The notes under the pieces are model-generated. The model worked only from the letters and a program-made list of their open reading frames with translations, was not told the DNA's origin and ran no database searches. From Candidatus Bathyarchaeota archaeon (GTDB lineage Archaea; Thermoproteota; Bathyarchaeia; Bathyarchaeales; Bathycorpusculaceae): a DNA stretch of 64,000 bases. The DNA lies in the NCBI GenBank assembly GCA_963717465.1, contig OY970340.1:2624001-2688000 (forward strand), given 5' to 3'. The position numbers and the translations under genes were made by a program. This document shows, piece after piece, positions 56,504 to 64,000 of the stretch; within the stretch, counting starts at the first letter, position 1; each line of letters opens with the position of its first letter.

Positions 56504-56647
56504 TTAATATCTTCTTGGCGGTCTTCGTTTTGAATAACATTCTCTGCAATAAACTGGCCTTGTGCCATCTGGCTTGAAAGGAACTTCGCATTCTTTTCCA
56601 CAGTCAGCACAGGTTGCCTTATGCATTTCTTTGTTTCCATATGACAT
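56504..56647 (-). CDS. CxxC-x17-CxxC protein
   Basis: CADCGKECEVPFKPDGTRPVYCREC. Confidence 0.9.
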   Translation of the reverse strand: MSYGNKEMHKATCADCGKECEVPFKPDGTRPVYCRECYSKRRPPRRY

Positions 56648-56988
56648 TTCTTTTTTCACTTCCTATTTAACTAATTTAGCACGTCGCTAATTTGCAAATC
56701 ATTTGCGTGCATATTCGTTGCAAAAGCTATTATAAAATCTACCTATTGAAAACTAAAATTTGATCGTAAACAAGCCAAAAAACTCGTAAAGTACCATGTA
56801 TAAACACGTACAAAGGATAGGTCATATGAAAATTGAAGTTAAGGATACGAACCTTGTTTACGATTAAATTATGAGATCCCAAACCCAAACAGATCAGTGG
56901 ACTCCCTATATAGGGCTGATCGCTTTTGTTAAGTCGGTAAATATAAGCTTATTAGCAAATTTTTGCTCATTATCTTGCTGGTGAGCAA

Positions 56989-57774
56989 ATGGGTGTTGAA
57001 CAGGCTTTTGGGTCTGACGAGAAAGACTTCGCCATAACTGAAAAGAGCAACTTAGCGGTGCTATTCGATGCTGATAACACTTCAAAGGATTATGTTAAGG
57101 CAATACTTGACGCTTGCGCCCGTTATGGACGTGTGATAATCAAGCGATCATATGGTGATTGGACGTCACCGACCTTGCAAGGTTGGGCTTCAGTTTTCAG
57201 GGAATTCGCCATAAAACCGATTCAGCAGTTTAGGTTTACTGTAGGTAAGAATATCACTGATTCAGCCATGATAATCGACGCAATGGACATTCTTCATTCG
57301 AAGGATGCAGATTTATTTGTGCTCGTAAGTTCTGACAGTGATTTTACTGGTCTCGCAACTCGTATTCGTGAAGAAGGCTTGCGGGTCATAGGCGTTGGTC
57401 GCAGAATCACTCCTCCAGCGTTCGTCAATGCGTGTGATAAATTCTTGTTAATTGAAAATCTAATAGAGTCGACTACAACTGAAAAAGAGACGCCTCGGGA
57501 GAATCCCGAAGAAACTGCAAAGGAAACAAACATACAACCAACTAAGGAACAGGGAAGAGAACTCTTAATAAGAGCAATAAAAACCTCGCAAGATGAAAAT
57601 GGATTCGTGAAGGGGGCAGCATTAAATACTGCTCTAAGACGCCTGGACCCGGCATTCGACCCAAAATCTTATGGGACCTTCAAATTATCTCAATTCGTTA
57701 AATTGTATCCCGATGTTCTGGAGTTACAAGGAAAACGAGCGGCCACTGACCCCACCTACAAATCAAAAATATAA
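56989..57774 (+). CDS. NYN domain protein with OST-HTH/LOTUS domain
   Basis: FDADN, GKN.TD..M.IDAM, SSDSDF, FDPKSYG. Confidence 0.9.
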   Translation: MGVEQAFGSDEKDFAITEKSNLAVLFDADNTSKDYVKAILDACARYGRVIIKRSYGDWTSPTLQGWASVFREFAIKPIQQFRFTVGKNITDSAMIIDAMDILHSKDADLFVLVSSDSDFTGLATRIREEGLRVIGVGRRITPPAFVNACDKFLLIENLIESTTTEKETPRENPEETAKETNIQPTKEQGRELLIRAIKTSQDENGFVKGAALNTALRRLDPAFDPKSYGTFKLSQFVKLYPDVLELQGKRAATDPTYKSKI

Positions 57775-58780
57775 GGTATCCTTTGTAAAATCACTCGACC
57801 AATGCTCTTAGCAGCAAAAAAGTTTCTTTGAATTGTTAAACCTAAAACAAGGTATATCTATTTCGAGAAATAAGGTTGGATTAAATTTTGATGCTGCTGC
57901 GAATAAGGATCGACAAAGCATGTTTTAGTCTATAGCCAAGGTCTGGGAAAAGTAATTTCTCATGAGAACCTTTCTTCCAAATATTAAATATTTGTGATTT
58001 AATCAATTAAAAACTAAAAATAACCATTTTAAATTGAAATTAGAGGCAAACTCCTATATGTTAGGTGCCGTGCTTTGATTAGCAGCGATTGAATATGAAC
58101 CGTGAACAGTATAAAACTAAAAGGAAAGGGCAACCAAAACGAAATAGCGCGCTATCCAAAAGCCGTATGGCTTCAAAGGATAAAGATTCGACAGCCTATA
58201 CTACGCCAAAACTGCGTGAAATCTACTTCAGGCAAATTGAATGGGCAACCAAGATAATTCCCAAAATAAAAGAGAAGTAGAAGCGCCCAAACAAATTTTT
58301 TCATCATAATTATTTCCACTGCTAATTATAGGTTATTCACGATAATTTTCAAAGGATGCCTGCTTTTTTTAGTTACATCATCAATTAGATTTGATGTTTT
58401 AGTAAGAGTTAAACTCCAAGGCTTTTCATTTAAATTACTAACTTTGCCACTGAATGCAATAAAATCTTTCAGCAGCATATCAAGACTTTCATCTTTCAAA
58501 AAAGAGTAATTTCTTACACGCTTTGTTTTGAATCCTTCAAGGGAGGCTTGAAAGGAAAAAAGCATTTTTATTAATTCCCCAGTCAGTATTTCTACAAGGT
58601 TTCCATCGAACTTTGAAATCTTTAGACACGACGGCAGTTCGATACAAAAAACGTAAGAATTAGAAAATCGAAAACTACTAGTGTTGTATCTATTTAACTT
58701 TGATAAAAGCAATATTATTCACTATTAGCTAAATTTCACCAATATTATTTTTAATTGACCATTATTACATTATTACACAG

Positions 58781-58900
58781 TAGCTAGTTATTACAATTAG
58801 TGCTAAAGCTTAGCTTTTTAATTACTCTTTATCACTATAAATAGCTAGTTATTACATTAGGCTAGGCTTAGCTTTTTAATTACTCTTTATCACTATAAAT
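58781..58900. repeat. ~60-bp AT-rich tandem duplication
   Basis: TAGCTAGTTATTACA...GCTTAGCTTTTTAATTACTCTTTATCACTATAAAT twice. Confidence 0.8.
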
Positions 58901-58977
58901 TACTGATACTATACTGTTAATATAGTAGTTTTATTAATATAGTATGTTAATGCATATAGTATTATAGTGTGAAATAA

Positions 58978-59280
58978 ATGTCCAAGTCAAAAAAACCTAT
59001 TAGTAAAAAAATAGTGGCAAAAGTGACTCCGGTAAAAGAAGTACCTGAAGGAAAAAAATTAATCAAAATTCCCGAATATGATGCAGTTTTCAATCAGGTT
59101 ATCGAAAGTCCCGAAAAGATGTTTAAGGTCGAAGTTGAGGGCAAGACCGTGAGATCAATGTACGCCCCGTTCTCATTCAGAGCTAAGTCATATAACAAGA
59201 AACCGGATAGAAAATTCGATTTAGCCCTAAGAATACGCAACAAAGAAGTATACATAATCAAAATAAATAAGAAGGAATAG
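58978..59280 (+). CDS. basic hypothetical protein
   Basis: 100-aa ORF. Confidence 0.65.
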   Translation: MSKSKKPISKKIVAKVTPVKEVPEGKKLIKIPEYDAVFNQVIESPEKMFKVEVEGKTVRSMYAPFSFRAKSYNKKPDRKFDLALRIRNKEVYIIKINKKE

Positions 59281-59394
59281 AATAAGCTATTTCACTTCAA
59301 TCGCACGTTAACAAGCCTCATAAAAGCACGTGCCATTTGTTCAAAGAATCATTGATTTATCGAAGATTAATCGAGGTGAAGAAGAATAAGAAAT

Positions 59395-59571
59395 ATGTTT
59401 GAAACTAAGTGTTCTAGTTGTGGCAAACTTGCTACTGTGCCTTTTAAACCTGCACAGGACAAGCCAGTTTATTGCAAGGCATGTTTTGATAAACAATCAA
59501 CTGCTAAATCAACAAGACCCTTAAACAGTTATAAATTAGAGCCAAAACAAGTATGGGCAAGACGAAGATAA
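59395..59571 (+). CDS. CxxC-x17-CxxC protein
   Basis: CSSCGKLATVPFKPAQDKPVYCKAC; GAGGTGA upstream. Confidence 0.85.
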   Translation: MFETKCSSCGKLATVPFKPAQDKPVYCKACFDKQSTAKSTRPLNSYKLEPKQVWARRR

Positions 59572-59621
59572 CCTAAGCTAAATTATTGATTTTCTATTAA
59601 TTTCTAAATTGAAGGTTTTGC

Positions 59622-59864
59622 ATGAAATTAGTGATAGGCTGGAGAACGGTAAGTAATCGTCGAGGATTTGTTAATGAAGTTACAGGTGAAACCCTAAAAG
59701 TTGTGAAAGCTGAATTTGGCGACCATTACCACCTGCTATTATTTACATCAGCTGGCGGGCAAACTGCTGAGGGAACGAAAGTCTCACCCGAGTTTGTCAC
59801 TGAATCTAAAGCTACCGACTACGCTATGGTTTGGATGGCAAAACACCCTAAGGGTACTATATAA
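59622..59864 (+). CDS. hypothetical protein
   Basis: 80-aa ORF. Confidence 0.65.
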   Translation: MKLVIGWRTVSNRRGFVNEVTGETLKVVKAEFGDHYHLLLFTSAGGQTAEGTKVSPEFVTESKATDYAMVWMAKHPKGTI

Positions 59865-60616
59865 TTACTGGCTTTTCCAAATGTTAAGCGAGCATTGATT
59901 ATAACAGCAATATGTTTGTTTATACTTGTGACTTTTATAACTTAACGCGTACGCATAAGTATACTAGGTTAAAAACGCATATTATTTCATTTCAAGTCAA
60001 GAAGAGTGAAATAATATATTCATATTATAAGGGTAAAAGTGTAGTCAGAAGCGTTCACCCCTGCATATATATAGTGCTGTAACTTATTCTATCGTCTGTT
60101 GTTTGGATTTTTAAAAGAAAAACATTATGGGAATTATGGAAAATGACGCATAAAAAGAAAATGAAGCAAAGAGGGAAAAAACTTTACCGAAATACCCACG
60201 GAACCATTTATAGAGTAAGAACCAAGAAGCCAAAACGCACCAATCGGCCACTGAAAAAACAAGTTTCCAAGATAGCAAGTGTCGCCTGAATCTAATCAAG
60301 ACCACTATATGGTTTAAGTAACTGCGAAGAAAAGACAAGTAATTGGTTACACTAGAACCTTGTCAGATAAATCGGTTCGTCCGATGTAGAAGATAAAAGT
60401 TCTCGATAAACTTTCATGGCTTGTTCCCGCTTTTCGCCGACTAAGTTAAGAAGTTCCTTTTCAAGGATTCTAATTTCAATTGCTTTTGTTTCTTCGAGTT
60501 TCATTTTAATAACCTCATGGCTAATCGAGTAGGATGCCAAAAGACAAACCGTTCAGCCTTTTATCAGGCTCTACCTAATAAGTACGATATCTGCGTCCCC
60601 TATAAAGGTGCGCGCA

Positions 60617-60898
60617 TGGAGACCTGCTTCTTAGCATTAGGTGAGATAGAGTAACTATAACTTGGTCTCCCAAGGCTCTTAGAAGCAGTTTTTTGCCGAA
60701 CCAAAACGCCCTCACCTAACAGTCTCTTTAGATGCAGCTTCAAAGTATTGTGGGAAAACTCGACTCATCCAAGAGCTGAATGAATAGTCTCGGTTTTCTG
60801 TCCTTCAGAACAAAGAGAATTCGCTCATCAAAAATACCCATATACTAACTATGATAGTAACTTACTCAAACCATTTTTAGCCAAATTTAGGAACAAAC
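60617..60898 (-). mobile_element. truncated second copy of the wHTH mini-element
   Basis: IR at 60868-60898; MGIFDERIL..LKD.KPRLFIQLL...SHNTLKLHL...GRPSY from 60841. Confidence 0.75.
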
Positions 60899-60965
60899 AT
60901 GCACGCTCGAAGTAAATGCGCATGTTAATAGTAATTACAGTTTTATCCGCTTGGCAGTAGCGCTC

Positions 60966-61130
60966 GATTATGTCTCAAAAGGTTTGATGTCTGATCTAAA
61001 TAACTATTTTGCGATGTCAGTTAAAATTCCCAGGATGAAGGCAGGTAAGATGCAGACTTTTGAACCTTGATTAGCGAGAGGGTTCGCTAAATATCTGTGG
61101 AATGAACGGAAATACTGGAATCCAGTTTAG
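60966..61130 (+). pseudogene. putative C-terminal fragment of a solo Cas1-like gene
   Basis: LMSDLNNYFAMSVKIPRMKAGKMQTFE...FAKYLWNERKYWNP resembles, from memory, archaeal solo-Cas1 C-termini. Confidence 0.55.
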
Positions 61131-61187
61131 CATGCGCAATCTTTAATACTTCTTCAACCCAAAAGGGCTTGTTGAGGGGTTATTCGA

Positions 61188-62669
61188 GTGAACAGGTTAC
61201 GTGTTTTAGCAGCCTTGGTTTGCATTATTTTTGTTTTCAGTTTTGTTTTGATTCCGTTTGCAAACGCGGACTGGACAATGTATATGTCGGATCCATCTCA
61301 CAGCGGTACAGGAACAAGCAATGCCGTGCTGGCAGGCACACTACTCTGGAATTACACAACCAATGGCGCTGTCATATCGTCTCCCGCTGTTGCTTATGGA
61401 ATAGTCTATTTAGGCTCCTACGATGGTAATGTTTATGCATTGAACGCTGCCAACGGCGACAAACTCTGGAATTACACAACCGGCGGTGCGGTTACTTCGT
61501 CTCCTGCTGTTGTTAACGGCATAGTCTACACAGGTTCGTACGACAATAAGGTTTATGCTTTGAACGCTACAAGTGGCATCCAACTCTGGAATTACACAAC
61601 CGGCGGTGCGGTTACTTCGTCTCCTGCTGTTGTTAACGGCATAGTCTACACAGGTTCGTACGACAATAAGGTTTATGCTTTGAACGCTACAAGTGGCATC
61701 CAACTCTGGAATTACACAACCGGCGGCATAGTTCAGTCGTCTCCTGCAGTTGTCAACGGTGTAGTCTACTTCGGCTCAGAGGACAGCGACGTTTATGCTC
61801 TAAATGCTTCCAGCGGTGAAAAAATCTGGAGCTACCCCACTGGATTGGAGGTTGAGTCCTCTCCTGCCGTTGCAAACGGTGTAGTCTACATAGGCTCGCT
61901 TATGAGTAACGTTTATGCTTTGAACGCTGCCAACGGCGACAAACTCTGGAATTACACAGTTGGAAGTTCAACAGTTACCGATTCAATTGAATCATCTCCT
62001 ACAGCGGCCAACAGCGTAGTTTGCACCTCCTCACAGCAAGGCAACGTTTATGATTTGGAGGCTGCTATCAACTACAAACTCTTGGCGCTAGGATTTTCCA
62101 GTAATCCTTCGTCTCCCGCTATTGTCAGCGGCGTAGTCTACGTAACTGCTATGAGCGGTGGTGTTTATGCTTTAAACGCTACCAATGGTGTCACACTCTG
62201 GAATTCCAACGCCGGCTGGGAAGAGTCGTCCCCTGCAGTAGTTAGCGGTGCACTCTACCTAAACTCGGGACCGCCCGATACTTCTGAAAATGGCTACGTT
62301 TATGCTTTGAATACTACAAACGGCTCCCAACTCTGGAATTACAAAATTGGTTACTATGATGGTAGTTACTTGCCTAGTATTTCGTCTCCTGCTGTTGTCA
62401 ATGGTATACTCTATGTGGGCTGTGGTGATGGCAGCGTTTATGCTTTGATTAGTTCATCTGCGTCATCTACGTCTTCTCCCTCACCTAAGCCATCCCCAAC
62501 ACCAACACCCACTTCAACTTTGTCGCCTGCAGTGAATGCAGCGGGATTCGTTTTCAGTCCAGTCGACTGGATCATAGTAGTGGTCATAATCATCATAGCG
62601 TTATTCTTAATACTCCTTCTATGGCACAGGCTCAGCAAGAAAAAGCCTCAAGAAACCCAAACAACATAA
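61188..62669 (+). CDS. PQQ-like beta-propeller surface protein
   Basis: SSPAV..G.VY.GS.D..VYALNA..G..LWNY repeats; signal peptide, P/T linker, C-terminal TM. Confidence 0.92.
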   Translation: MNRLRVLAALVCIIFVFSFVLIPFANADWTMYMSDPSHSGTGTSNAVLAGTLLWNYTTNGAVISSPAVAYGIVYLGSYDGNVYALNAANGDKLWNYTTGGAVTSSPAVVNGIVYTGSYDNKVYALNATSGIQLWNYTTGGAVTSSPAVVNGIVYTGSYDNKVYALNATSGIQLWNYTTGGIVQSSPAVVNGVVYFGSEDSDVYALNASSGEKIWSYPTGLEVESSPAVANGVVYIGSLMSNVYALNAANGDKLWNYTVGSSTVTDSIESSPTAANSVVCTSSQQGNVYDLEAAINYKLLALGFSSNPSSPAIVSGVVYVTAMSGGVYALNATNGVTLWNSNAGWEESSPAVVSGALYLNSGPPDTSENGYVYALNTTNGSQLWNYKIGYYDGSYLPSISSPAVVNGILYVGCGDGSVYALISSSASSTSSPSPKPSPTPTPTSTLSPAVNAAGFVFSPVDWIIVVVIIIIALFLILLLWHRLSKKKPQETQTT

Positions 62670-62840
62670 AAAGTGCATCTATTAATTCATTTTTTTCTTT
62701 TGTCTTGGTGGTTAAATGGACAGATAGAGAGTCGCTAACAGACACAGACAGGTTGTCTCCCCAGCCGAGATGGGGTTTGTAAAATTAAGCGTGTTTAGGT
62801 TTGGAGTACTCCTTAGGTCATCTTTTGAGCACACGCTAAG

Positions 62841-64000
62841 TTATTGTGGGGCTCTTTTAATGTTTTTTGTTTGTCTACGTTTCACTGCAACTAAGGCTAT
62901 GATTATAATTATCGCTGCTATGATTATGGCTATTATGTAGTATATCCAGTCGGGTGATGGTGTTGATGTTGAAGCTTTTGCTTGGATAGCCATTGTTTTG
63001 TTTGAATCAGCCGATATACTACCTGACAGTGTTGAATTTGAAGCGTACCCTGCTGGCAGAGTTATTGTGTACGTGTAGTTGCCGCTGGCTACGCTAAATG
63101 TTATGGTTGTTTGGTTGGAAGTTTTGGTTTCACCGTTTAGTGTTACGGTCCAGTTAGTGTTTGACGGTAAACCTATTTGAGTGAACGTTACATTGTAGTA
63201 TGTAGTAGTCTGAGTTGTTGTGCTGGGTACCCAGATTATTGAGTAAACGTTGTAGGTTACGTTTAGGTTTTGAGTGTCAGTTGTGAAGGTTGTTAGTGGG
63301 TTTTGGGTTGCGCTGTAGATGGCTTGGTAGCTGCCTACTCCCGTAACAGTAACGTTAAGAGCGGAACTGCCAGTTGCACCATAATAGCTGGAGCCGTTAA
63401 TGTTAACTGTTTGGATTGTGCCATCAGTGCTTATCGCAATACTTGTTCCTGTAGAATTATAATTTCTTAATGTGGTTGTCCATATTGGGCTATTGTTTGG
63501 GCAACTCTGCAATGCCGCTAAGAATTGGTCGGTTATGATGTCTTGAAGGCTTGGGTCACTGTTAGATTGCATTGCCAACAATGCTTGATAGAGGTCGTAG
63601 GACCCGTATCCTGCGTTTACCAGGGCGGAAATACCGTAACCTGAGCCCTCGTTACTGAGCACAATGCTGTTTTGAACTGTGTTGTTGCTTGAGGGGTTCC
63701 AGAGTATTGCAAGAACGTTGTAGGTTGTTGTAATACCACTGTTGGTGCTGTTCCATGAGGTTAAAGGCGTATTGTTAAGTGGGCTGTGGACAGCTAGTAG
63801 CCTTCCTACGCCTGAAACAACTGCGCTAAGAGTGGGATTTCCCCCATAATAGTAGGGGTAGCCGTAAATGCTCACTGTTTGGACGGTGCCATCGGTGCTT
63901 ATCGCCACTGCGGTTCCAGCAGTGTTAATGCTACTCAGAGATTCTGTGAATATTTGGCTTGAAGCAGGACAACTCGCTAATGCTGCTAAGAATTGGTCTG
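62841..64000 (-). CDS. membrane-anchored surface protein (5' end outside window)
   Basis: Repeated AISTDGT.QTV module; VTFTQIGLP...WTVTLNG thermopsin-like domain; C-terminal TM. Confidence 0.8.
   Translation of the reverse strand, partial: DQFLAALASCPASSQIFTESLSSINTAGTAVAISTDGTVQTVSIYGYPYYYGGNPTLSAVVSGVGRLLAVHSPLNNTPLTSWNSTNSGITTTYNVLAILWNPSSNNTVQNSIVLSNEGSGYGISALVNAGYGSYDLYQALLAMQSNSDPSLQDIITDQFLAALQSCPNNSPIWTTTLRNYNSTGTSIAISTDGTIQTVNINGSSYYGATGSSALNVTVTGVGSYQAIYSATQNPLTTFTTDTQNLNVTYNVYSIIWVPSTTTQTTTYYNVTFTQIGLPSNTNWTVTLNGETKTSNQTTITFSVASGNYTYTITLPAGYASNSTLSGSISADSNKTMAIQAKASTSTPSPDWIYYIIAIIIAAIIIIIALVAVKRRQTKNIKRAPQ

Noticed and set aside
58326..58712. 128-aa ORF (also 3282-3554, 9935-10120, 60111-60338)
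   Set aside because: No recognisable motif or clear RBS; may be spurious or decayed
61462..61725. Diversity-generating retroelement TR/VR pair
   Set aside because: In-frame identical repeats, no adenine-specific variation and no reverse transcriptase

Overview
AT-rich archaeal accessory region. Gene content (thermosome, aIF-1A, L35Ae, TrmB, stand-alone TRAM, PQQ-repeat and thermopsin-like surface proteins) suggests Bathyarchaeia; this is inference. It is a mosaic of one- or two-gene modules: stress and signalling genes, a nuclease/DUF72 block, a small-membrane-protein cluster (25-37.5 kb), glycogen/central-carbon genes, and a translation/cold-shock-like island rich in Zn micro-proteins (50-60 kb). 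No rRNA, tRNA or CRISPR array was seen. Three non-coding signals stand out. (1) Short GC-rich alternating purine-pyrimidine words (TAGCGCGC/GCACGCTA-like) occur at roughly 45 module boundaries and mark where gene fragments are cut. (2) A 24-bp dyad TGTnnnTGTnnn-nnnACAnnnACA lies exactly 4 bp upstream of a TATA-like box at 13 promoters. (3) GGATTAAnnnTTAATCC palindromes with a 74-bp dispersed repeat, a Cas1-like relic, a transposase relic and inverted-repeat-bounded wHTH mini-elements point to relic mobile elements. Many single-base frameshifts in otherwise intact genes are probably sequencing indels. All calls are by-eye motif recognition; no searches were run.
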